Assembly: GCA_010015585.1 (NCBI GenBank)
Contig: ML975151.1
DNA length: 64,000 nucleotides
DNA from: Eremomyces bilateralis CBS 781.70
Taxonomy: Eukaryota
Reading direction: 5' to 3' (one strand)
Under the pieces are notes generated by a model. The model searched no databases. It saw only the letters and a program-made list of their open reading frames with translations, and was not told the DNA's origin. Shown here one piece after another: positions 1 through 12,164 of the stretch (its first letter is position 1; each line of letters begins with the position of its first letter). A program made the translations under genes and the position numbers.

Positions 1-922
1 CGCGTCAAGCTGGAAGGATTATTCGAGCGCCCGGAGCAGCACGAATGATAGAAGAGAGGAATACTTACGGACTACGAGACGCACATCCTTGGCAGGCCCA
101 GGTGGAAGGACCCATAAAGTCTCGGCCTCCCGCCGTCTCTCGCTGTTCTTCCTCCGCACCACCGCGCTCTTCATCGTCGGTACGCTGTACGGATCCTTCA
201 TCTCTCACCTACACGACAACCAGAACCTCACGCCAGTACCGATGTCCGCCCTCAATAGCCGCAGTTGGGCCTATCTTGCGTTCTGGGGGACGTGTGGGGT
301 GCTTTGGGGCAAGCTACTACCGTGGGTAGACAGGTTATGGGCCGAGAAGCTCGGGAAGGATTGGGTCGGGAGATTGATGGAAAACTCCAGTGGGAGAGCC
401 GGAGAGAGGGGGCAGTTGGGGTGGCCTGACTTCGTGCGGGGAGTGGGGGCTTTCGTTGGGATTGCATTCGCCATCGTAGGTTTATATTTGAATTTAGGGA
501 AGGATGTTCAAGATGCTAACCCGCTGCAGCGCAAACTCCCATGGACATCCACCACTCAGGCATCCGTCACGCTCTCATTAGCGAATCCCGTCCTGTGGTA
601 TCTCCTCGACCGCACCTCCGCAGGCCTCGCACTCTCCTCTGTCGTCGGCCTCGCCGGGACCGTGGTGCTCCTCCTCACCAACGCCCAGCTCGTCCCCGGT
701 CCCACGTCGTCCTTCTCGCAATTCGGGAATTCATCCGCAACTTCAGCGATTGTAGGCGGCGGACTCATCCGTGGGAATGGGACGTTGGAATGGGCGAGCT
801 GGAAAGATCGCGAACTCATCGGCGTCGCGACTTGGTTTTCTTCCGTTTTGTTCTGCAGTTGCGTCTGCTTTGGGAATGTGGGGCGTCTGGGACGGAAGTG
901 GACAGCGGTGGGGAGGCAATGA
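1..922 (+). CDS. INSIG-domain ER membrane protein (NSG1/NSG2-like), 5' end outside window
   Basis: The frame is open from base 2 to the stop at 922. Removing intron 476-529 (GTAGGT...GCTAAC...CAG) restores the INSIG-type motif VGAFVGIAFAI|RKLPW. The protein also has LANPVLWYLLDR and the terminal SVLFCSCVCFGNVGR. Confidence 0.85.
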   Translation, partial: ASSWKDYSSARSSTNDRREEYLRTTRRTSLAGPGGRTHKVSASRRLSLFFLRTTALFIVGTLYGSFISHLHDNQNLTPVPMSALNSRSWAYLAFWGTCGVLWGKLLPWVDRLWAEKLGKDWVGRLMENSSGRAGERGQLGWPDFVRGVGAFVGIAFAIVGLYLNLGKDVQDANPLQRKLPWTSTTQASVTLSLANPVLWYLLDRTSAGLALSSVVGLAGTVVLLLTNAQLVPGPTSSFSQFGNSSATSAIVGGGLIRGNGTLEWASWKDRELIGVATWFSSVLFCSCVCFGNVGRLGRKWTAVGRQ

Positions 923-1431
923 AGGTTTGTCGCCGCTATAGTAATACCGTACCAGGTCGCTCGTAACGATTATGAACGTTGGGAGGTTTTAGTCTCCCTA
1001 ATATTCGCAAGCGCAGTTACATTCCTCGAGTCTTTAGCAACATCCAGCCTTCAGCCGGAAATCGCGCCATGGGATATACGTGGGCGTGTTTAAATCCGCC
1101 TCCCAAATTCATACGAGATGAAGGAGTTTCGGAGGAGAATCTCCCGATCGCATCCACAATTTACATCAAACATGCCGAAAGCGGAATTAGTCCGCTAGCC
1201 CCTTGCTTCTCCACGTGCATTCGGTTCATTTACGCCTCCATGGTTCCGACGATCACAAGCTTGGAAGAGGGGGGCATCAGACCATCGGCCGGCCTGGTCG
1301 TGTCCCAAAGAGTCGGAGTATCTCGAACTTCCAGTCTCCATCTTTCAACATGATGGATATGTAATTGTAAATTCGTAATATTTCCGGATTGTGTGAAGTT
1401 TAGGTCGTCGCCTTTCTCATGCTGCATGATC

Positions 1432-2706
1432 ATGGCCGACCAGGACCGCTTCGGGTCCTCAACGACTGGCGATGAAATTGTCGAAGCGTTCGCAAACGAG
1501 GTCAATGGGAAGACTTGTAAGTCAGAAGGATGGATCCACTACACCCCACCCCCTTGTTCGTCTACAAACATCCAGACATACATTAACATGCCCTCCAGTC
1601 CTCATCACCGGCGCCAGCGCCCACTCCCTCGGCGCCGAAACCGCCCTCTCCCTCGCCCGCAAAGGCACCCCCGCCCAACTCATCCTCCTCAGCCGTACCG
1701 AATCGCGCGTGACGCCCGTCCTCTCTCAAATCCAGCATCTCAACCCCCGCGTTCAAACCTTCTTCTTCCCCATCGACCTCAGCAGCCGCTCCTCGGTCCA
1801 CGCCGCCGCGGAGCGCGTGCTCGCCCATCCTCAGATCCAGCGCATCGATGTGTTGATCAACAACGCGGGGGTGATGGGCGTGCCGTATGCGCCGGCCGGG
1901 GAGTTTCGAGAGCGGGGTGGGAGGCCGGTGGAGATGCATTTGGCGGCGAATCATTTGGGACCGTTTTTGTTGACGGCGTTGGTTTTGGAGCGGATGAGGC
2001 AGGCGGGGGTGGGAGCGAGGGTGGTGAATGTCTCGTCGGCGGCGTATATGGGGTCGGGGATCCGGTTTGAGGATCTGAACTTCTCGGTAGGTCATGGGGG
2101 GGTTTGGCAGGGAGGGGTTCTAATCGGCTGCAGAATGGAAAGAAGTATAAGCGGTGGGAAGCGTATGGCCAGTCGAAGACTGCGAATATTCTGATGGCGA
2201 AGTCATTGTCCATGAAAGTTGCGAGTCGGGAGGTTGCGAGTTTTAGTCTTCATCCAGGGAGTAAGTCCAACCCCTCGATCGATATCTCGGTTTCTGTGTC
2301 TCTGCTTCGGTGTACAAGACTGATTCGTCCTCGCCAGTAATCCAAACGAACCTCAATCGCCATTTTTCTGGATTCTCAGGCCCCTCAGAGTCTAATGATG
2401 TTGCTGAAGGACCATTTGATAGGTCCCCTCAGCAAGGATGTTCTACGATATTGTTTGCGGCTCTTGACCCCCAGTTACAAGGTGCGTAATAGCAATGCTT
2501 CGGCTAAATGTCATCGAGTCGCCCGGTAAGTTCTAATTGGTATTCTAGCTCACTCCGGCGCGTATCTGGGTGATTGTCAAATCCAGGAAGCAGAAGACTT
2601 CGCAACCGATGAGCGGATTGCAGAGCGGCTGTGGATTTTGAGCAAGGAGATCGTCGGCATTAAGGGAGCGATGCCGTTTGAGCGTCGAAGGAGGCCGGCT
2701 TTATAG
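1432..2706 (+). CDS. Short-chain dehydrogenase/reductase (retinol dehydrogenase/WWOX-like)
   Basis: Five exons, with introns 1517-1598, 2087-2133, 2261-2337 and 2482-2548. Motifs: LITGAS..SLG, DVLINNAGVM, ANHLGPF, VVNVSS, catalytic YGQSK, SLHPG, QQGCSTILFAALDP and AERLW.LS. Confidence 0.9.
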
Positions 2707-4353
2707 CGACCGGCTGGGGTATGCCGCACACATTACGGGGGAAGCGAGAGTGGTCCTTCCTTGGGCTCCTGGCCACACGAAGCGGCGTGTCCATTTATAT
2801 ATAACTTCAGGGGTAATTTCACGTGGCATATATTCAGGATACCCAATATAACCTCTACAGCTGCCTCAATAATCCCGATGGGCATCCATCCAGTGTGTCT
2901 CCCGTTGCCTCCCTTAATCCATGCCAATACGATGGGAATCAATGAGAACGCAACCGCCACCGACCCCGTATTTGAGCTGTTTTCTTGGAATTAGTGGTAA
3001 TGAACTGATTGTCCCTATACCAGAAACAATAGAGAGCTCCTTAAACCCTTCCGGAATATGACTGAATTAGAGTACCTTCCCCCAAATAGGCCTGAACGAC
3101 CGAGAGTTAAGACACAATGTTAGACATCGCCAACCCTAGACGAGGGAGAATCCGACTGGGACACATGTTCCCAAATCATCTCCGAGTGTCTTACGTCTCT
3201 GCTTCCAGTTCGTTGCTCTTCCCCTTCTGTCGACTTTATAGAAGCTTCCCGGACCAAATCCTCAAGTCCAGTCATTCGTTGCGGGTTCTCGTCTCTAGAT
3301 CCATCTCCAGGATCGAGCCTTTCGAGATTTCGGCCTCCGTATCGATACTTCTCCTTTCTTGCATGTTTGAATCCGATCTTACACTCACGAGTTGAATCCT
3401 ACCCTCAAGATCAACATAAATCTTACACCTCCTGTCCATAGGCGAACAACGAGGAGAATTCTTAGCTAAGCCGACATTTCCCAAGCTTCCGGGTCTTCAC
3501 GAATACCATGTCAATGATACCAAGTCGGACACGTCGTCCCATTCTTGGATATTTGCCATCAGGTTGCGCCTCTGATCTGGCCTTAAGTTGAAGACGCCTC
3601 CAAAATAGACTTTCTGGCCGTTCTGGGAGTGGTGCAGAGATCCTAGCCCTACAGGGCATGGGGGTTATCCGAACTGTCTTGCCATTTCGTTTATTCCAGT
3701 TTGAAGTATGAGGTAATTGTTGAACGATGTAGAAGAACGAAGAAAATAGCCGGTCCTAATAATTAGGTGATAGCCCTAACTAATCAGCAATATCACCTAA
3801 CCCTCGATTCCAGACCCTTAGTGGTTGCGTGTTAACGAAGACTTATTTTTACCGTATATAGAATTTATTTCGAAACAATCCCAAGTGTTTGGAGACTTGC
3901 ATTTTTAACAAATACTAAGGTGATAGAGGGACACTTCATGATCGATACCCCACCTCATCCCAACTCGAGAGGACCGCGTTTTCGTAAAGGTTTGAATGAT
4001 ATAATCTGAACTTTGATCTCGAGATATGTCCTGCTATGAAAATAGTAGTAAGGGCACTCAGTGTCCTATTCTCAGGACATTCAACAGCACATGGTTAACT
4101 TCTCGTGGCCCCGAAGTGCATTCTTCTCACTTCGCATCGCCTATCCCGCGACTTGTGTGCCCCCCTGGGCTTTAGGGCAGCTCAACCGCTCGACCCGTAG
4201 AATATTGGCCCATCATTAATTAGTTCGATTTCGTAGAATCGACCCGGTCGGTTCCCATAGATGAATTTGGCATGGATTATGCCTTCCTGATATGCATACG
4301 CATTCAAGACCTAAGCAGGAACAGGTTGGTGTCATACCCATCACCTGGTGCTT

Positions 4354-5395
4354 TCATGAGGAATTCCGCACCACATAGTCAAAAGCCCATTCCTGGATGG
4401 ACTCGAAATAGTTGGGCTGGGCCACCGTGTCGTTGTGCGTGCCGCCTGGGAATTCACGCCATGACTTGGCATCCGAGCGACATGAATCGAACAAGGCTTT
4501 CATTTGGGAAGCCCTATGGATTGTTAGACAGTTGAAGGCATTCGGAGTCGGAACACTTACGGTACGATCTCATCCTGTAACCCACTCAAGAACAAGATGG
4601 GCACGTCTTCGATCTGTGGTAATAGCTGCTCACTTGGCCAGACCTGGTGACATAGCGGCGCCAGATATCTCGCCGGGGGAAATGCACTGCGACGGATGAG
4701 TATTATTCCATGCACCACGAACTCGTACATACCTCGGGATCAACTTCCGTATGCTCAAGAATGTATTCTCCAAAATCAACCCCTTCACATCCCCATGCTT
4801 TAAATTCCTCTGCACCAACCAAATCCCCACCGCGCCCCCCAAACTCTGCCCGTACACCACGATCTTACTCCCCCGCAACTCTGCCCGTCGCCTCACGTAA
4901 TCTAGCGCCGTCTGCGCATCGATCTGCAGCCCCTTCTCGTTTGGGTTGCCGGAGCTGAGCCCGTACCCGCGATACTCGACCATCAGCACGTGGCAGCCGA
5001 CGGCCTCGACGAGGATCTTCCCGATGGGCAGGCGGTGGCCGATGTTGCCGGCGTTGCCGTGGAACATGATGACGGTGACGTTGGAGCGGGGGGAGGAGTC
5101 GGAGGGACGGAGGAGGAAGGCGGAGAGGGATTCGCCATCGGGGGTGGGGAGGAGAAGCTCTTCGGAGGAGGTGAGGCCGAATTGGGAGGGGCGGGGGACG
5201 TTGGTGCGGGCGTCAGGGGGGATGGCGCGCGGGTAGATTATCTCACTGGGGGTGGTTAGTGGAGGGAGAGGAGGGGAGACGGGAGTGGTACTTTTGCTTG
5301 AAGTAGAGGAGGCCTGAGCCTAGGACTGCGAGGCCGGACGAGGCGAGAACTGGTAATCGGAGGTAGGAGACCATATTGGATATGTAGTTCGACAT
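4354..5395 (-). CDS. bem46: BEM46/ABHD13-family alpha/beta hydrolase
   Basis: Introns 5246-5291, 4687-4732 and ~4514-4560. N-terminal membrane anchor followed by YFKQNEIIYP, FHGNAGNIGHRLP, nucleophile motif GQSLGG, LENTF, LSGLQDEIVP and GTHNDT (Ser-Asp-His triad). Confidence 0.92.
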
Positions 5396-5986
5396 ATTGG
5401 GGAGGGGCTCGAGGAAGATAGAAGTCGATGTAACGGTGGGGGGAAGAGATTATATAGGGATTCGGTAAACTCCCCAGTGACATATAAGTGCGCTCAAAGA
5501 ATTACGATTAAACAACCCCGCAACCATAGACAACCAGATACAGTGGTGAAGGTGATAGTTGATGCGATATGAACAGGAGGCCTTTATTGAGGCAACCCCA
5601 GATTTGCGGCCGAGCCTGACTGCCTGAGGTTGACGACTGCCAAGGATGTGACAGGGATATTGACAGGGACCAGGGATGTAGTCGATGAGCTATCACGTGA
5701 TGCCATGTCTGACGGCCTAAGCTCCAAACCGAAGCCATACGCATCAGAAAGATGCCTGGGATGGTGATGGATGAGCTTCAAGCTTCAACTTTGATATACA
5801 CAACCCAATCTCCCACAATCCAAAGAATTTCCTCATTCCAAGCTTCTTCTACACTCAACCGACTTGATAATACGCAGATACCCATCGCTTTTCTTTCCGT
5901 TACCTTCCTTCAAAGCTCACACCTGTGGTCCCTGATCCAAACACCATCCCGTCACCTCTCCGACTCCTCGACACAATCTCGCCAAG

Positions 5987-7010
5987 ATGCAAACAGGCTG
6001 CATAAGTGAAGGTAAAGAGATCCGAATCGTGGTGTGCGGCAGCTTTACTGAACCTCCTAGATGGCATCCACGTCGACATGAACCACCTCAAAAAAGGCGA
6101 AGTCAAGTACGTCCTCCCCCATCCTCCATCTTCCATCCACACCACTAACCGCCCTCAGCCTCGGAACCTCCATGTACGCCCTCCCCCCTCCTTCCCATCC
6201 CCCCAACTAACCCCCCTCTAGCATGGCCATCAACTTCCGCGACGGCGTGATCCTCGGCGCCGACTCCCGCACGACGACGGGCGCGTACATCGCCAACCGC
6301 GTCACCGACAAGCTGACCAAGGTGCACGACACGATCTGGTGCTGCCGGAGCGGGTCGGCGGCGGATACCCAGGCGGTGGCGGACATCGTGCAGTATCATC
6401 TGGGGATGTACGGGATCACGAACGACGAGGCGCCGACGACGCAGACCGCCGCGGCGATCTTTCAGGAGTTGTGTTATGAGAATAAGAATGCGTTGAGGTG
6501 AGTTGGTGGCGGGAGGAATGAGACGATTCGGGAGGGGGCTACATCCTACTGCGTCGTTTCTATGTGCCGATCTCTGTTTTCGTATCGTCCCTTCGAACGA
6601 GCAGCGGAGCGCCAGGGCCATGGAAACCCCCTCTCCATTTCCAGAACCCTTAACTAACACATCCCCCCAGCGCCGGCATGATCATTGCCGGCTACGATCC
6701 CCGCCACGGCGGCCAAGTCTACTCGATCCCCCTGGGCGGCTCCCTCCACAAGCAATCGTACGCGATCGGCGGCTCGGGCAGCACGTACATCTACGGGTAC
6801 TGCGACGCGAACTGGCGGGAGGACATGAGCGAGGCGGACGGGATCGCGTTCGTGCGCGGCGCACTGGCGGAGGCGATCAAGTGGGATGGGAGCTCGGGCG
6901 GGGTGATTCGCATGGTGGTGTTGACGGACAGGGGCGCGGAGAGGCATTTGTATTTGCCGGATGTGGGGTATGAGGGGCCGGGGAGGCAGCCGGGGGTGGT
7001 AGGGGAGTGA
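5987..7010 (+). CDS. PRE3: 20S proteasome subunit beta-1
   Basis: Introns 6012-6060, 6107-6158, 6174-6221 and 6498-6670. The spliced protein reads [43 protein letters not shown]...[11 protein letters not shown]...[13 protein letters not shown]...[10 protein letters not shown]. Confidence 0.96.
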
Positions 7011-9717
7011 GAGGGTGGAGCAGAGGAGAGGAGAGGGGAGGAGGGGAGGGATCGCATTGAGGATGGCGTTGGACTACCGCTAATTCCGTCCTTCCTCTTC
7101 CGGTGTTGTGCACCGTGCTCGTACAGCGTATACTTAGGGCAACGTTCCATAGAAATCATACTGAGATCTGGACTGGAACCTTTCCGCCACCACCTTCCAC
7201 TGACCTCGCTGGATGGATGATGTACACGTATCTGGTTACTATGATTACGCGCCCGGATATCCCTGGCGTCACTGCTACTTCTCTCCCTCTCGAATCTCAC
7301 CATATGGCGTCCACGTGCTCTCCCTTCCCAACTCCCATCTCTCCCACACCTCCAATCTACTCCAACCCCTTGCGTGCCACAACCATCTCTCACCCCAACG
7401 CCCCTCAAAACACCATAGCCAGATACATATTATGTCCCCCCTCCATCCCAAACCAACCCAAAATCCCGCCCACCTCCCACCACCCATGAAACAAACGCAT
7501 ATGTCGTCAAACCGCCATCATCGACCAGGCCAATCAATGCGGTTGTCGTAGGCTAAAGTGGTGCAGGGGGTGGGGGGCAATCGGGGAGGCGGATCGGCGG
7601 AGCGATGGACGTGAGGTGCAGGGGGGGTGGTTCAACGGTTTGCGAGGGGCGCTAGGTTGGGAGGGTGGGCGGTTTTGGGGTGGAGGATGGGTACTTCGAG
7701 ATAGAGAGAGGGTGGTTTAAGAAAAGGAAATGGATGGACGTGGAGGAGGGATTTGTCAGTGCTCGGTCAAAGGGGAATTGGGCGTAAGAACGTGGGATAT
7801 GGGGGAGATTTGGCGGTGGCCTCGTGGGATGGATTATTGGACACGGGGTGATTTGATGGTGCAAGCAGTGGGTTTGACCTCCATAATATGGACGGTATTC
7901 GGCCTTTGCGTGGCGCCTATGGTTATTCCGTACAGAGTTAACGGATACCCGTGACGGAGTTCAAGCAACGTGGCAGGTCATCGGTTTGGATAGGATCGGA
8001 TTGATGGTAGTGCGTGAAGGACGCAGTTGGATGGTCGACCTTTTGGGTCATTAGGTGACATTGAGGGTGAAACGCCACCAGCACGATCCGCCGGAGGACT
8101 AAGACTCTAAGAGACGACCTTATTATTCCCATCTAAGCCCGATCCACTTGGTTGGGTCGGAGGGTCGTTAGTGCTGGACATAAGTTCGAAGCGAGAATAT
8201 TAATAAAGACGGGATGGTGATTCTAGAACAAGTGTTTAGTGTTGGAATCGAAGACATTTTGAATCTATCAGATTGCTGAACGAGAATGAATCGTTGATGC
8301 TTCAATATTAATACGAAAGCGATGTGCCGACCGCACCAAGCATTCTACTACCTCTAGGCACTGCATTTCCTCAGCGGACAGGACGCAAACCTGGCATGGC
8401 AAGGAGCATGGCAAGCTAGTCCTTCCGTTGCATATCGCAGCATATCGACTGCAATTTCCAGCAAGGAGACGGTGGGCTGGTGGGTGGCTGAAGAAACTAA
8501 CTGGCCCCCTTCCCCCGAAGGTGATGGGGCAATTGACTGATGGACATCCGAAAGGACGATCAAAGTGGATGATTCTATTCCAATCCCACAGAAAGGAATT
8601 TTAGTGCCCCTTGATGGTCGCAAGTTCTCAACAACGTGTAAACTATGAAGACTAAAAGACTAAATGACTAAAAAGAGGAGTGAAAGAGTGAGAGAGGTAA
8701 CTAATAACAGGAGAGGGATGTACGATTACGACAGAAGAGTGAGTGATCGATAATTCCATCGTCTCAACATCACATCATCCAATCCATCCACCTTTCGCTT
8801 TTCCATCTTCCACCTTCCACTCCATCGTGATCCGGCCCGATCTTGATCTCATCCCTCAATTTGATACGAACATCGCCACAGCCTTATCGAGTGATCATCC
8901 ATCCTCTCAACTCCTCAACTCTCAACCTCTCAACCTCATCCACCTTCTCTCCATCCTCCCAATCTCTTTCCTATCCCATCTCCACTGTCCGTCCAATTGA
9001 TTGCGGTCCCGCTGTCGTGCAATGTTGCCATCCAATCCCTAAAGGTGAGTACAATCGCATCATGAAGCGGTGAAGACGCGCATCCTACCAATCCCGTCTT
9101 CTTTGTCTGGATGATTTCCCTTCCCTCGGTCCTTATCAGCAGCACGCCCAATTCCCCATTCCTCAACCCTGTTTATCTATCGGACTGGTTGCCTGCGTCC
9201 CCAAATCCCCGATCCCATGCAATCCGGTCGCTTCTCGTCCCACTCCATATTGCCCATCCCATCTGCGACGGGTGCCCATTTTCACCTTGCCATGATTTGT
9301 CCGCATCGCGAACCGTTGCAGCGTCAATTCTTCGCGGTTCACAGGTGACGTCGTGGTGCTAGGTACAGTACTGGTCCTGGGTGTCCCTTGTCTCACAGCC
9401 CGAATTTATCCACCAACGCTTGCACCCTATTACACCTCATCGCGAAATACGGAGGTGTGCAAACCAGAGCGCATCGTCGCAGAGCCTCACGAGTCCACCA
9501 TCATCGTTCGTGGATGTGGTACAGCCGTGCCGTCATCCCGTCGTTTACCATTGGACTGTCTACCATTGGCGTTTCCCTGCTGTCGTGGAGCTGACCTTGT
9601 CGTTTTCATCGTTGTCGCCATCGCGTTGCGCCTCGATTGTTAGACGGAAAGCTAATCGTCGCCTCTTTCACAGTTTCGGCTTTACCTTTCTGACCTCATA
9701 CATTTAAATCCACTGGC

Positions 9718-11335
9718 ATGGGATCGATCGTGATCAGCGACGTGGTTCACCACTTTCCACACGGAAATAATATGTATGGCGCCTCGTCGCACCATACCCA
9801 ACATCACCAGGACTCTCCCTCATCCCATTCATATCAATCGTCCGCCACAGCCGCGGGCCGATCGACAAGTGATGCAATCGCCGCATCCACCTCATCATCC
9901 CAAACCCAACATCCCTCCGCCGATACCACCATGACCGACGCTCTCTCGGCTGAGGTTCCCGCAAGCGACCCGTCAAATCCCGCAGGCTCCCATGAACACC
10001 CTCCAAGATCATCAGTGCCACAGCAATATCACGCCGCGGCAAACACAAACAATGCTCATCGACTGGGCAGTCCTGAAAGACGAGCTTTCCCGCAACAACC
10101 ACCGGCCGCTCAATTCGCTCAAGCTCGCATCTCCACACCGTCCGGCTCATCCTCCGGACATACGTCGCCCGCGCACTCCGTCCGCTCCGTCCAACCCCCC
10201 GTGGCGCCTTCACCGGGGAAGATCGTGGTGAAGGACCTCATGCATATCCAAAGCTTCGCCCTGGACGCCGTGAACCCCAGCTCCGGCCGCTCGTCTTCCC
10301 GACACTCCCGACACCCCAACGAAGTGGGACCGCATTACGAGATCAGCGAGATGCCCATCGGCGACATCATCGAGATGGTGGCGGGCCTCCTGACCAAGAT
10401 CACGACTACCAACGACCGCCAACACGACTACCTCCACCGCCAAGCCAACCTCCCCGAAACCCACACGCACGGCCTCACCCAGCAGACGACCAGCATCCTC
10501 GCCTTCCACGGCAAAAACGTCCCCTCCATCAGCATCCTCTCCTACCTCTCCCGCATCCACAAGTATTGTCCCACCACCTACGAGGTCTTCCTCTCCCTCC
10601 TTGTCTACTTCGACCGCATGACCGAGCGCGTCAATGCCGGTCCCATGCTCTCCCTCCGCCAGGCCAATCAAGCTTCCATTGACCGCCACGCCTCCGCCTC
10701 CTACGACTCCTCTCGCCATTCCTCCATCTCCTCCGCCTCCCTCTCCCAACCCCTCCACTCCAACGGGCCTTCCCCCGCACACACCGCCACTCCGCCCCCC
10801 TCCGGCTCCCTCGGCCATCCCGCCTCCCTTCGCAACTCCACACAATCCGCGCAATCCACTCCACCCTTCCAAACTCCTCATGGGGAACCCAGCCCGCCAA
10901 GCCCGGCGCTGCGCATGGATCCGCGGCTGGATACCCCCGATCCGTATAACCTCAGCCACTTCTTCGTCGTCGACAGCTTCAACATCCATCGGCTGATCAT
11001 CGCCGGCGTGACATGCGCGAGCAAGTTCTTCTCCGACGTATTCTACACGAACTCGCGATACGCAAAGGTACGTCACCCCTCCCGTTCTCCCCCAACCGCT
11101 CTCATTCCCCCGTCACGATTCTCTCGAGACATCTGCTAACTTGCCTTAGGTCGGCGGCCTCCCCCTTCAGGAACTCAACCACCTCGAGCTCCAATTCCTC
11201 CTCCTCAACGACTTCCGCCTCGCCGTGCCGCTTGAGGAGATGGAGGCATACGGGACGATGTTGGTGGAGTTCTATGCGCGGGAGGTAGTCGCGCAGCAGA
11301 GAGGGCAAGGGACCCCGAGGGTGGTGGAGGGATAG
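9718..11335 (+). CDS. Pho85-type cyclin (PCL/PHO80 family, Pcl6/7-like)
   Basis: Cyclin motifs AFHGKNVPSISILSYLSRIHKYCP and FNIHRLIIAGVTCASKFFSDVFYTNSRYAK|VGGLPLQELNHLELQFLLLNDF, joined across intron 11068-11149. The start codon could be 9718 or 9772. Confidence 0.9.
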
Positions 11336-12164
11336 ATGGGGGTTCATTCATCCGTCGGTGTATCCTCCTACAGACCACAATCCGTACCAGGACTTCATCC
11401 GCGCGGATAACGCCTCTCTTCTCTGCTCCCCCACGTCCACAATTATTCCTCCACAAACAACCGCTCTGGTGTCCGGGGTTCCTTGTTTTCTTTATTTCTT
11501 GCACTACGCACTGCAGAGATACCTGTCTAGACTGTTTTCGGTTCGCTCGGATCGGCGGGTTTGTGGATGTACGCTTTTTTTGTGTGAGGCGGTGACGCTT
11601 TCAGGGAAGGGTGGAGGTTTGGTAATGAGAGGCGTTATGAGATATTCGGTGCACTATTACGGCCTGGTGGGATGTTGTTTGTTTCATGTGATGTTGACGG
11701 AGGAAGAAGCATAGACGAAGGATGAGGTGGTCTGAGTTATCATCCCCTTCACACTAACACGCCATACGCTCGCGCTCGCGCTCTCGATGTTCTCACTCAA
11801 ACTCCAACCATGTGCTTCCTCAGGCGCATCCCCATGCCGTCCCCTTTCCTTCTCCTCTCCATTTCCTCCGTTCCCAACGCGTCCCCTGACTTTCCCTACG
11901 TTATACCATAGACATCCGCAGCACGTTTCCTTACAACTTCACACTACTCCTGTTTCTTCTTTTCCGGCTGCTGGAAACGGACGGAGGGAGCGGGATTTCC
12001 CATTCGGTTTTTCGGTGCGGTTTCGGTTCGATGGGTAGGGGGAGTGTGGAGTGGTTGGGTTGTAGACTTTCGGGTTAGGCGTCTGGATACGGTATAGATA
12101 AATGGCATATGGGATTCTCTGGTTCGTAATGAGTGGCATCCGGCTTGGATTGTAATTTGTGACT

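Noticed and set aside
2482..2548. Internal GTAAGT in SDR intron 4 suggesting a nested or twin intron
   Set aside because: The inner intron would be only ~23 nt, too short, and the single-intron model already gives a correct frame.
3770..3820. CCCTAA-like words resembling interstitial telomere repeats
   Set aside because: Only isolated, non-tandem matches.
10210..11076. Long antisense ORFs over PCL (and likewise over STE24, ERG12, PYC, CHC1 and ZW10)
   Set aside because: Shadow frames caused by high third-position GC in the real genes; no independent motifs.
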